Shown here one piece after another: positions 12,401 through 21,047 of a stretch of 64,000 nt of DNA; positions within the stretch are counted from its first letter, which is position 1; each line of letters opens with the position of its first letter. The notes beneath the pieces are model-generated. The model did no database searches. It was not told the origin of the DNA and saw only the letters and a program-made list of their open reading frames with translations. The position numbers and the translations under genes are program-made. The stretch lies in IMG/VR virus record IMGVR_UViG_3300024259_002152, positions 62,001-126,000 of that record. One strand, 5' to 3'.

Positions 12401-13163
12401 AATAGATTTTGATGTTCTTAATGATACAGGGGTGGTACAGAATTATCATTTTAAGGTTACTTTATTTAGTGATGTTTATCTTAGGGATGAAGTTTTTTCA
12501 GCTTCGTCTTCTGATAGTCCTGACGGATTTAGCGTAAATGGTGTAGCTGTTCCTGAAGGCGGGGTTAGTTTGCTTCATGGAGAGACAGCAGAAGTGTTAT
12601 TTGCTGTTTCTGGAGCGGCTAATATTGATTGCGAAACTTATTATTTTGTAAGGGTAGAATATATATATAACTCTACGTCTTATACTTTGTCTGAAGATAG
12701 ATCATTTGTTGCTAGTTGCACATCTTCATTTATTGATACTATTGATTTTAATTTTACTAATAATGATACAGTATTAAATAACTATCATTTTAGAATAAAA
12801 TTTTATCAAGATTTAGAGAGAACTAATGAATATGCTACAGTTTTTAGCGGAAATGATAGAACTGGATGGATGGTTGATGATGTTTTAATTCCTGAGGATG
12901 GTGCGACCGTGGCATCTGGTCAAACAGTTGGTGTGGTTTATAGACCAGATGCAGATGATTTTTCTTCAGGTTCTATTTATTATATTACAATAGAAGCACA
13001 TGACGGAGATGACTACGTATTCTCTGATAGCTCTTATAGTTTTCAAGTTAGAGATGTTCAAAGCGCAGAGGTGTGTGGAGAATATGCTGATGTTCCTATT
13101 GTGGAGAATTTTGGTCTTATGTTTGAACTAGATAACAACGAATTTATCACTTTGAATATTTAA
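6498..13163 (+). CDS. Giant adhesin/tail-appendage protein: N-terminal LamG, beta-propeller repeats, duplicated C-terminal domain
   Basis: 2221 aa; IAQWKFNG...FSISLWI...WHHIVCTYDG...FDNVCYFNRVLD (LamG); SSLKVDDNNNIWICTNSGLY and GLPSNKINDIAV (propeller blades). Confidence 0.7.
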   Translation: MSLYSNLIAQWKFNGSLLETKGNHPGSWTGGYGNETYSFGVNGDLDSSIDLIGVNDYVRIADDSRLQLSEFSISLWIHPSDLGNGDTLVYYGETTSPSQGDDGWGIYYKSGYIRLTVGDRSNYSSFPEAIVGPMAMWHHIVCTYDGAIGKVYVDSNKGEDGGLTFNGYGNSTFVIGDDGSRLYHTNSLFDNVCYFNRVLDQDEINILYNSGNGIEDLTVFDDSLAIDSAINEYGDEANKGGTWYYTQNKFGSDWVNKVDNSKGWTVDFNLRVENVVDSDWIIDENNKGRGIGLYVNDGTKQETINFLMQQIVFANANHTEIYDTTQEINYRLTGQNNNLKLYARPASDATYKQISDVNFTMDATVNGNSLNPVVFEDTNSNLHVVWWDDGGNLGSIYYSKFNGTTWTNPEEIVSLDNGVQFPSIVVDGEETVYVSFESKQTEGSVIGFVYRNNLGWSEPYYTGVDIGYCKYPQMTLDSLSNPCVVWEDHRRTHQEIYLNIFLADELRWRGEEKVSTNLFGSYRPSISSYMDDLFITWSSVSQDVTSHIEIMRYNVLNSSKLSAVTISRTDSRADHSNVLCNVGGKVFVVWHDNPDGKYKIYSTILSPSLDVLTNEFAIVEGHGGAKYPTLSEQLATGYIYIAWQDYKTGDYNEFGIDLDPSDLDPYGERSVQSLEPSDSAIFVALYNGNYLSSGNGSFDVKMVFDDDRNSYAPAIPIFFNGELPILYESYLFDEYGFLNNNDLLRRVRCAFYSLDRSSAEFLADNVTISDPSSRIFNIHRDYILNENISTKEIRFGDFSDVIDSHYVFKEFKYYIDDAVEPYDIKEIDYSSIGIDSISASDAVINNYGDAWIVGICGAYFYYNHQSRSLEIGRDLPGIEDDIDNEDIASWSNMKAISFDVYNNLFIGGYGSDDKGLIRYSFNHVDGFKDLSITDLPSDVVITSMIFDKDNRLYVGTSSLVDGVSSGLYGFDLSYTEIVTDGIADITINATGFRNSGGEVSLTSIFSEFPNVLTDTISSLKVDDNNNIWICTNSGLYRLYKNKALCFTTSNGLPSNKINDIAVRNTAIRYIATANGIAKMVGFNFDNFITSEDETIWNNNVKSIMWKNPNVLLAGTMSRLNQIIINDVDETYSTAIYEPASSINVSPDDLQTYYLDNPTIAEDDIVEVYINGNKIHYGYVVSIDKKTIRFGMSLNNDDIVEVVARSDLEVVSDFSQTIAERTDIGSTLLKIKDIAVRDNQDGTGDVFVISEGSENEVKINDADSVLPFDRVHLDTHAPIFLNSGEGIKIGEQIDRSVVRINIGGATDDVFETEGDSTTSLVSAGSGIDSMIISNNEEFLDNDGITPLVAIPFSNSATHDLGLSLENIVKNLTLTSGEGSVISYISDENELYVGVSKPAIVYKYNWDTEVWDELYTYDTDQYVDFIEKYNNNLMISIGHDTDPAIIYTYTYNSGTLQANSVLPLFESRAYSSHILDGKFYIGTGIGSGDEYTSGSGSSGAIYLFDDGTTQAIDPSLSKVVDDLDENVYGLTSALGSSNLLASTGPSAYIYEVDIENQASFIIYNSTEAIVSLNHQGDIGETFAGSETSGVIRRSITSNNTYDISFRTTPGKVSVLKIFPVITGIEGATSYSSTFAAVGNVIYYLSDAGTWVWKYTHNEIINDMTFDNRSISNVLYVISDTGVTKINPLVSEKVVYLKLIDRAGNASVLDVSLESDGSVDVDSSKFVDGVAIASLVDFVSENMIFELDELGNNLYTLTGDSRFYSAGKIEEEKGEYVSEIFDGTNDLVKWETLSWQVTELFDTQVLIYVRTSTSSNDILTAAWQGPYSSLQSAGVALSHLLGQFIQFKAVLISNAKGMSPTFHRATIRAITSESVHFFTTNFAMPTKLNKGIITSKKVVPVAADVVFGLNTTNSIDWTEYQEVDENRIFNINQTGHNLRVGIKFISPNRSTIDTTDFGEYGPYDSNLYVNTIDFDVLNDTGVVQNYHFKVTLFSDVYLRDEVFSASSSDSPDGFSVNGVAVPEGGVSLLHGETAEVLFAVSGAANIDCETYYFVRVEYIYNSTSYTLSEDRSFVASCTSSFIDTIDFNFTNNDTVLNNYHFRIKFYQDLERTNEYATVFSGNDRTGWMVDDVLIPEDGATVASGQTVGVVYRPDADDFSSGSIYYITIEAHDGDDYVFSDSSYSFQVRDVQSAEVCGEYADVPIVENFGLMFELDNNEFITLNI

Positions 13164-13164
13164 T

Positions 13165-16100
13165 ATGCCTTTCAAAACAACATACTATGATTTAGAAGCC
13201 TTTAAAACAGGAGATATTTACTCTTCTAGAGTAGATAAAAGAAGATTCACCATTATAGATAATGAGATGGCTTTTATTTCTGACTATATAGGTTCTGGAC
13301 TTATTTTTGGATGGGACATCACAAATAATAAAGACGGAACAATATCAATTTCTAATGGTATGGGATTAATTAATAGAAGAGTAGTAGAGTCATTTGGAGG
13401 TTTTGAGGCAACATTAACTAATAATTCAATTCACTATTTGGTGATTGAGGCAAGAGACGGGGTTGTTGGTGGTCGTAGTGGCCATTCTAATATCGCCCAG
13501 GTTACCGCTATAGACACAATTTCTCCTGCATCTCCTTTAGGAGTTCAAAAAGAGAGTAGTATATTAGCCTATTTGGCTTCTTTGCCTTCTGTTAGTGATG
13601 AGTTGAGGAATTATTTGAGGAATTTAATGGACAAAGGGGAAGAAGATGATACTTTAGAATTAACTCCCTATAAAGAAGTTGCTTTTAGTTGGAGCGCTAA
13701 TACAGAGATTGATTTTAGTCATTATAAAATAACTAGTGGTTTTGGCAGTGATATAACTACTCTTGGAACTACTACAGAATTAATATATGTTGATATTAAT
13801 TTAGAACAAAATACGCATTATGAGTATCAAGTTATAGCGGTTGATTTTAGTGGTAATGAAAGTGATTCTACAGATATAAATATATCAACAGATGTAGATG
13901 CTAGGATTCCTGCTTCTCCTCTTTTTGTGCAGGTATTTCCAGGAGATGAAACTTTACAAGTTATTTGGGATAATGCTCCTACTGATAATGTTCCTAATTA
14001 TAGGGTCGAGGTCCAAGAATTAGATGTGGATTATAATTCTGTAGGAGACCCTACTATTAGTATTGTTTCTGCTGAGGAAGATGTTGAATTTGGTTCTAGT
14101 TATGTAGTATTTGAAAATCTTAGTTTAAATACTAATTATCAGGTGACAGTCTATTCTGTTAGTAGGGCTGGAAATTTATCTGACGGAGCTTCCAAAAGGG
14201 TTTTGTTGAAAAGTAATCCTGGAGCTGGGGAAGTTAATAATATTGAATTAGAATTTTCTGTCAGCACTTTTGAGAATGTCGGAGTAGAAACAAAGGTATC
14301 ATGGAAATATCAACGTTTAAACCCCTCTATATCTTATGCTGATAAATTTTTAGTAACTTTTATTGAGAACGGAAATAGATTTTCTGAGCCTATAGAGGTA
14401 TTAGAAACAGTTGCCAACGTGTCATGTCCAGGAGGAGATGAAACAAATGGTAAATGTTATGAAATGGATGTCAAATATATTCCTTATATGAATAATGATG
14501 TTTTAGAATATGAGTCTATTAAGCAATATGAATCCTATGTAGTTGTTGTACAAACTGAGGACGAAGATGGTAATATTAGTGCTGGGTCAATTATTAGGGT
14601 TGCCAAAACTCCTGTTTCTGATTTGCTTCCTGCTGTTACTAGTTTTAGCATAGAGAGAGCAACTGATAATGATTTGTTATTATTATGGAATAATCCTGTT
14701 CAGACTTATTTTTCGCATAATCTGATAACGGTTAATATAATAGATGTAACTACGACTGATGTGGTAGGAGCTAATTATGTAACAGATCTGTTAATAGGGA
14801 AAGCCAATAGCTTTATTATACCTTCGTCTCAATTTAGTATTAATTTTAGATATACTATCTCTATTATTCCATATGATGCTTTTGGAGCAGAGGGGAATGA
14901 TTTTTCGTATATTAAGCAATTTACAGAATCTCCTAATGTATTAAGACCATCTGTTCCTATTGGTTTAACAATAGATACTGGAGATAAGGAGTTAGAATTA
15001 GCGTGGGACAAAGACACAAAAGATGAGGATATAGAATTTTATAAGGTTTATAGAGCAGTATATTCTCTATATCAGAGGGCTAGTTCTTTTTCTAATATAG
15101 CGACTCTTGTATCTTCTTTGACTACTTTTGTAGATTACACAGTAATAAACAGTACAAGTTATTCATATTTTGTAACTTCCGTTGATACTCATGGCACAGA
15201 ATCATTAAATCCAATAGATGATGGCCATATATCTACAAATACGGTTTCTGCTACTCCTAGCGAAAGCGCTTCGTTATCACCACCAGAAGGGTTAATTGTT
15301 GCTGCTTCCAGTAATAATACTGATGCTGAATTATCCTGGGATGCAAGTGCTGGGACTTTTGATGGCTATGAAATTTTGAGATCGGTAGGTAATAATTATT
15401 CTTTTGAAGTTATAGATCAAGTGCTTGTATCCGAATTGAGCTATATCGATACTGACACTTTATTGAAGCACGATGAAGTTTATTATTATATGGTTAGAAA
15501 ATATAGGGATGAAGTTTTTCTTATTGTGAAGAGTTCTTCTGTATTAACTGACAATCAAATATCGATAGGTAAGGTTACTACTTCCAGTGGCACAAGTAGT
15601 GTGATTATTGATCTTTCATCTGTGGTTAATATTTTAAACTTAGAAGATCCTTTAACAGATTTAACTAATGCCGCCATAGATGTCCATCATCATGATAACG
15701 ATAATGATGAAGGTATTGATAAGAGAATCGAGCTTCGGTCAAATGTTCATATATCAGATTGGACTACAAATGATTATAAGGTGTACACTACGGAAGAAGA
15801 TATAGAAGGAGCAGTTAATTATTATTTGCAGATTTCAGGAACATTAAATACAGAATATTTTACAATTAATGGAGTAACCAATACGGCAGCATTAAGACAG
15901 GCTCAAGCTGGAGAATCTCCTATTTTATTTGAAGTAGATGAAGATAATAATCAAATAATTTTTAATGAACCATTGTTTTCTCAAAATGGGTCGTTTTCTG
16001 CTCCTTATTCGGCAGCTCCTTCTTTAGCTTTAGAATTGTTAGGTATATCTGAAGTTGATAATCTCCTCCCAGAAATTAAAGTGGAGAACATTAGTGCTTC

Positions 16101-19068
16101 TCAGTTTAGTAGTGGCAGATTTGAATCTACACAAATGCCGACTATTAATCATGATGGGAGAAAATCAGAAAGATTGTTGCCTCTACGTCTACCTATGCAA
16201 ACTATAGATAAGTTTATTTATAGTTTATCAGCTATTTATGATGATTCGTTTAGAAATAAAATGGGTGATTCTGTAACTTTTTATGATATTATAACTACAG
16301 ATAGTGAAGTTTTATTATCAGCCACTAGTAATGGGGTATGGATAAGTGAAAATTATGGAAACGATTGGGAGCAAGCTTCTGATTTCCTTGTGGCAGTTCA
16401 TAAATTATATAAATCTGTGAATGAGGAATATTATGCTTTAACTAATTATGGTGTTTATAAAAATAATGGAACAAGTTTTAGAACGTGGGATTTGATGGAA
16501 GGTTTAGAATTTGTAAAAAGTGTAAGAGATATAATTGAGGATGGTAGTGGTAATATATATATTAGTACGGATATGGGGGTATTTAAATTAAATAGTGAGC
16601 TTATTCCATACATAGAAGATACTTGGCAAAAAATGCCTATATTTGGAGCTAAAAGTTCAGAATCATATGCGATCACTTATGATGGAGACTATGACAGAGG
16701 GTCTATTGCTGGGGTTGGAAGGCTTCTTGTGAGTAATGAGATTGGTTTGGTTCAATCTATCGATGAGGGGTTAACATGGAGTTACATATCTGATCTAGAG
16801 GCATTTATTAAAATTAGAGATTTTATAATAGATGGAAATTATATATTTGCATTGTCAGATAATGCAATTTATAGAGAACTAAAAGGAAATGACACATTTA
16901 TAAAAATTGCAGAAATAGATTCGTCTAGAACTAAAGATATGATTATTTTTGCAGGTCAGTTATATATTACCACAGATAATGGGTTGAAAAAAACAATAAC
17001 TGGAGATATATATATTGACGAAAATATTTCAATTGTGCCTACGTTTGAAAATCTAAATATAAACAATACTGTTGTTCCTGCTACCACGATAAATAATATT
17101 AATGATAATATGATGGTTGGATCAGATAGGTTATTATACATTGTAGAAGTATCTGGTAATTCTTGGTTGCAATATGAACAAAAAGAAACAGTTGTTCCAA
17201 GTATATATGTAGATGATGTATTGCAGAAATTAGGATTTTATTATAATAATAGTGGTTCAAATCATAATATTAGTTTTGATGAAATATTAGATGAAGAAAG
17301 TGCAGTAGTAGTTGCTAATAAGTATGATATATATACTACTGAGTTTGGAGGATGGGCATATAATAAATATGACGCTAAATTTAAAATATATAATAATAAT
17401 TCGTTATTTGGGGAATCAAGAGATGAAATATCAGTAGATATCAATCAGTTTGCTGTTGTAGTGTTTCCTACTTATGATGATAATAATGCTCATAAAATAG
17501 GAGCGGATAAATATAAAACAGATGTAGAAGCAAATATTACAACTATAACTACTGAAGAATTACCAACAGGAGATGATCTTATTAGTTTGATTTCCGATAC
17601 ATATCAAAATTTTGAATTATTTTTATCTCAACTTTATGAAGAAGCTAGAGTTGTGACTGATTCAAATGGTCAAACATCTAATTTTGTCCTTCCTGCTATA
17701 AACACTGATATAATAACTAAAAGGAATAGTACTTCTAATGCTGGGGAAGTGATAGAAATAGAAGAACCAGTGTATACAGTAATTAATTCAGAAAGATCAA
17801 CTTCTTACACTACATTAGTTAACGTTGTAGATGGATTTTTTACTTTTGGTTTGCCTTTTGATAAGTATGATACTTTGACAGCGGACATATTTGATGTTAC
17901 AATCAAAAATGCAGGAGATAATTCACATAGAGAGTTAGAAGATGTTTTTGAAGAGGCTTATTCTGGTCCTCCTTCTTATTTGTCTCAAGTTCAGCAAGTT
18001 AATTTGGTAAAAATGGGGCTATTTACAGAAAAAACATATCCAGGAGAACAGGAGCTGATTAGTCCATTGACTCAATTCAAAGCTGTTATTCCAGATACTA
18101 ATAGCGGATGGTATGATTCTTTAAATTCTACTATTAACTATGATGTTCAAGAGGTCAACGAGACAACAACACTGTCAATAAGTTATCCTTCAGCAGTGAG
18201 ATATATATCTGAAACGGGTTTGGTTTTAGTTGGCGGTAAAAGTGGCGTTTTGTCTATTCATCATGACACTCTAGAAGTTAATGAAGTTAATTTTGGCTCT
18301 ATTGGTGACGAATTAGTAAGAGAAATATTACAAACAAATAACAATGTATATATATTGATTGATAGTGATATATTTGTTTCTTCTGATAATGGTGCAACAT
18401 GGGCAGAATATAATAGAAGTGGATTGCCTAATAATTTGTATTCTATGGGATTTATTAGTAATAACCTTTTAGTCGGTGCAGAAGACGGTATTTACATAAA
18501 ATTGTCGGATTCAGATGCGATTGATTGGGAAAAGGTTAAGGATTCCGAAACTCCCGTAGAAATTATTTATAGTTCTAATATATTATTTGCAGTTGTTGGT
18601 GTTGTGAACACGCAGGATAATACAATTGATAAAAAGATATTTTTAACGTCTAATGGATTTACTTATACAGATACTACGATAGGAAAAGATCTAGATATAA
18701 CAGATATTGATAGACACGGTTTTGTTAATACTTATGTTTCTACTAATCAAGGACTATATTCTGATAATGGGACATTTAACAGTTTGACTCCATTACTAGA
18801 ATCTGTGGATTTGGGTGGTCTTATCGAAGACGGTGATACTATCAATAACACAACTACAGATGATGCCAATAAAGTTGTGATTGGAGCTAGTAATGGATCG
18901 TTTGGATTAATAACAGATAATGTATTAAATATAAAGGAAAATACATCGTTAGATGTTATTCATAAAGTTCTTATTGTGGATGAAGAAGAATGGTTATTTG
19001 GTCAGAATTTATTTAAAGTACCTTTCTTGGATTATCCGATTAGATTAACAACAGGCGCTCCTATGTAG
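13165..19068 (+). CDS. Giant structural protein with FN3 domains and BNR/Asp-box propeller repeats
   Basis: 1967 aa; FN3 patterns (FSWSAN...YEYQVIAVDFSGNES; ELAWDK...FYKVYR...YSYFVTSVD); Asp-boxes ISENYGNDW, QSIDEGLTW, VSSDNGATW. Confidence 0.7.
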   Translation: MPFKTTYYDLEAFKTGDIYSSRVDKRRFTIIDNEMAFISDYIGSGLIFGWDITNNKDGTISISNGMGLINRRVVESFGGFEATLTNNSIHYLVIEARDGVVGGRSGHSNIAQVTAIDTISPASPLGVQKESSILAYLASLPSVSDELRNYLRNLMDKGEEDDTLELTPYKEVAFSWSANTEIDFSHYKITSGFGSDITTLGTTTELIYVDINLEQNTHYEYQVIAVDFSGNESDSTDINISTDVDARIPASPLFVQVFPGDETLQVIWDNAPTDNVPNYRVEVQELDVDYNSVGDPTISIVSAEEDVEFGSSYVVFENLSLNTNYQVTVYSVSRAGNLSDGASKRVLLKSNPGAGEVNNIELEFSVSTFENVGVETKVSWKYQRLNPSISYADKFLVTFIENGNRFSEPIEVLETVANVSCPGGDETNGKCYEMDVKYIPYMNNDVLEYESIKQYESYVVVVQTEDEDGNISAGSIIRVAKTPVSDLLPAVTSFSIERATDNDLLLLWNNPVQTYFSHNLITVNIIDVTTTDVVGANYVTDLLIGKANSFIIPSSQFSINFRYTISIIPYDAFGAEGNDFSYIKQFTESPNVLRPSVPIGLTIDTGDKELELAWDKDTKDEDIEFYKVYRAVYSLYQRASSFSNIATLVSSLTTFVDYTVINSTSYSYFVTSVDTHGTESLNPIDDGHISTNTVSATPSESASLSPPEGLIVAASSNNTDAELSWDASAGTFDGYEILRSVGNNYSFEVIDQVLVSELSYIDTDTLLKHDEVYYYMVRKYRDEVFLIVKSSSVLTDNQISIGKVTTSSGTSSVIIDLSSVVNILNLEDPLTDLTNAAIDVHHHDNDNDEGIDKRIELRSNVHISDWTTNDYKVYTTEEDIEGAVNYYLQISGTLNTEYFTINGVTNTAALRQAQAGESPILFEVDEDNNQIIFNEPLFSQNGSFSAPYSAAPSLALELLGISEVDNLLPEIKVENISASQFSSGRFESTQMPTINHDGRKSERLLPLRLPMQTIDKFIYSLSAIYDDSFRNKMGDSVTFYDIITTDSEVLLSATSNGVWISENYGNDWEQASDFLVAVHKLYKSVNEEYYALTNYGVYKNNGTSFRTWDLMEGLEFVKSVRDIIEDGSGNIYISTDMGVFKLNSELIPYIEDTWQKMPIFGAKSSESYAITYDGDYDRGSIAGVGRLLVSNEIGLVQSIDEGLTWSYISDLEAFIKIRDFIIDGNYIFALSDNAIYRELKGNDTFIKIAEIDSSRTKDMIIFAGQLYITTDNGLKKTITGDIYIDENISIVPTFENLNINNTVVPATTINNINDNMMVGSDRLLYIVEVSGNSWLQYEQKETVVPSIYVDDVLQKLGFYYNNSGSNHNISFDEILDEESAVVVANKYDIYTTEFGGWAYNKYDAKFKIYNNNSLFGESRDEISVDINQFAVVVFPTYDDNNAHKIGADKYKTDVEANITTITTEELPTGDDLISLISDTYQNFELFLSQLYEEARVVTDSNGQTSNFVLPAINTDIITKRNSTSNAGEVIEIEEPVYTVINSERSTSYTTLVNVVDGFFTFGLPFDKYDTLTADIFDVTIKNAGDNSHRELEDVFEEAYSGPPSYLSQVQQVNLVKMGLFTEKTYPGEQELISPLTQFKAVIPDTNSGWYDSLNSTINYDVQEVNETTTLSISYPSAVRYISETGLVLVGGKSGVLSIHHDTLEVNEVNFGSIGDELVREILQTNNNVYILIDSDIFVSSDNGATWAEYNRSGLPNNLYSMGFISNNLLVGAEDGIYIKLSDSDAIDWEKVKDSETPVEIIYSSNILFAVVGVVNTQDNTIDKKIFLTSNGFTYTDTTIGKDLDITDIDRHGFVNTYVSTNQGLYSDNGTFNSLTPLLESVDLGGLIEDGDTINNTTTDDANKVVIGASNGSFGLITDNVLNIKENTSLDVIHKVLIVDEEEWLFGQNLFKVPFLDYPIRLTTGAPM

Positions 19069-19077
19069 GAAAATTAA

Positions 19078-21036
19078 ATGGCTTATGCTCAGATACAAAA
19101 GATAGAGAATCCGAATCCTGGAGCTGCTCATGGTTTTGGGCAGAGATCTGTCATTGACGGGTATCATATAATAGTGGCTCGCGACGGTCATGATAGAGCG
19201 GATTTGTATAAAAGAAATGTTGGAGGAGCATGGATATATCAGGACGATAATGCTTACAAATGGGGTCAGTCCATGCATAATAATTATTTTACGTCTAATC
19301 TGACAGCCGTTAGTCAAGGCGGTTATATATGGCATAAAGATGATTTCAACACCACTTTGAGATATTTTAATCCTACAGATTTTGTTTCGACTTCTGATTT
19401 TCCTAAGTCATCCGCCATCTCAGATGATTTGGTGATTTTTGGAGATTATGGATATAACTTAAATCGAGGAGCAGTAGTTGTTTTTGAAAGGATAGGTTTA
19501 GATACGTGGACTGCTAACGATGATTATACTTTGTTAACTCCGGATATAAGCAATGAAAATGATTATTTTGGCTATTCGGTTGCGACTAATGGTGAATCAA
19601 TTATAGTTGGAGCCTATGGGGATAATCAAGGCAAGGGAACGGTTTATATTTTTCAAAAAGATGCGGATACGGGGTTATGGGAGCAAACTCAAAAATTGTT
19701 TGCTTCTGATGGGGAATCTAACGATCGTTTTGGTGAATCTGTTTCTGCTTCTGGAGATTATTTTATTGCAGGAGCCAGCTTAAAGGATAGTTTAAATGGG
19801 GATGTAAATTCTGGAGCTGCATATGTGTTTAAATATTCTACAGGTTGGTATGAGGTTGATAGGTTAGTAGGTATTGGTGAAGATGATTATGAAGGGAATC
19901 ATTTTGGAGAATCTGTTTATATTAATGGAGATCATATTATAGTTGGTTCTCCTGAAGCTAGAAGTGGGAGAGGTGTGGCAGATATTTTTTACAAGAAAAG
20001 AAGCTGGGGTCATTTAACAAAACTTGTAGGGTCGGATTCGTCAGTAAATGATAACTTCGGTACTTCTGTATCTATTTCTGGAAGATTTGCTGCGGTTGGT
20101 TCTCCTAGCTACGAATCGGCTACTACTGGGGGCGCGGTTTATTTGTATGAAGATTCCCCCGTAAGATTGAGATTAGCACAAGAGTTTGAAGTTAATAGTC
20201 AGTTTGTACCGACTAAAGCATCTGTTTATTTAAAAAGGGTAGGAAAAAATACGAGTAATTATTGGCCTATTTATAATACTGTTAAAACTGTTATAGATGC
20301 CACCAATTTTTCCACCATAGATAAAGAAAATAATATTGTTATATTTGGTGACACGGTTTCTGGATTTACTGGTAATGGGTATATGATTCTTAGTAGTGAT
20401 AATCCGTCTTTTTCTGATTTTGATATGAGTGTTATAAATTATCCTATTAGAGCAATAACTCCCGATACGTATAATCTATGGATTAGATGTATAAATATTA
20501 ATACTAATATTTTTGAAGCAGAAATATTAATAGATGGGATAACATTTAAAACTATCGATACTCTCATAGATAATCCTTCTGATGGGTTGGAGTGGACTTG
20601 GGTGAATACTACTCTTGTTTTGCCTGATGCTAGAGAACATATTTTAGGAATAAAGATGAAGGAAAATGGGTCTGCTATTGATAAAATATATATAGAGGCT
20701 GATAATACAACCCCTTATACAGAAGGTCCTGATTATAGTCTTAGTCCATATTTAACTGCTCATATGCAAGTTTATGATTCTCTTCGTGGAGAACCAGGAA
20801 TCTCTCTTTATATTTATGATTATAAGAATAGTATAACAGAAATTATTCAAGACGATTGGTATAATTTTGATATAAAAGTATTGGACAATATCCACGGGTA
20901 TAATGAAGCAAATGATTTTACAGAAGATTATTATTTAGTTATGTCAGTGGCAGGCTCTAACACTTCTAATTTTATTATTTGGGAATTGATTGATAATGAT
21001 GAATATGTGGCACCATCATCAGCAATTAAGTTTTAA
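19078..21036 (+). CDS. FG-GAP repeat beta-propeller protein with C-terminal carbohydrate-binding-like domain
   Basis: 652 aa; DYFGYSVATNGESIIVGA, DRFGESVSASGDYFIAGA, NHFGESVYINGDHIIVGS, DNFGTSVSISGRFAAVGS. Confidence 0.8.
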   Translation: MAYAQIQKIENPNPGAAHGFGQRSVIDGYHIIVARDGHDRADLYKRNVGGAWIYQDDNAYKWGQSMHNNYFTSNLTAVSQGGYIWHKDDFNTTLRYFNPTDFVSTSDFPKSSAISDDLVIFGDYGYNLNRGAVVVFERIGLDTWTANDDYTLLTPDISNENDYFGYSVATNGESIIVGAYGDNQGKGTVYIFQKDADTGLWEQTQKLFASDGESNDRFGESVSASGDYFIAGASLKDSLNGDVNSGAAYVFKYSTGWYEVDRLVGIGEDDYEGNHFGESVYINGDHIIVGSPEARSGRGVADIFYKKRSWGHLTKLVGSDSSVNDNFGTSVSISGRFAAVGSPSYESATTGGAVYLYEDSPVRLRLAQEFEVNSQFVPTKASVYLKRVGKNTSNYWPIYNTVKTVIDATNFSTIDKENNIVIFGDTVSGFTGNGYMILSSDNPSFSDFDMSVINYPIRAITPDTYNLWIRCININTNIFEAEILIDGITFKTIDTLIDNPSDGLEWTWVNTTLVLPDAREHILGIKMKENGSAIDKIYIEADNTTPYTEGPDYSLSPYLTAHMQVYDSLRGEPGISLYIYDYKNSITEIIQDDWYNFDIKVLDNIHGYNEANDFTEDYYLVMSVAGSNTSNFIIWELIDNDEYVAPSSAIKF

Positions 21037-21047
21037 AGGGATGTTTA

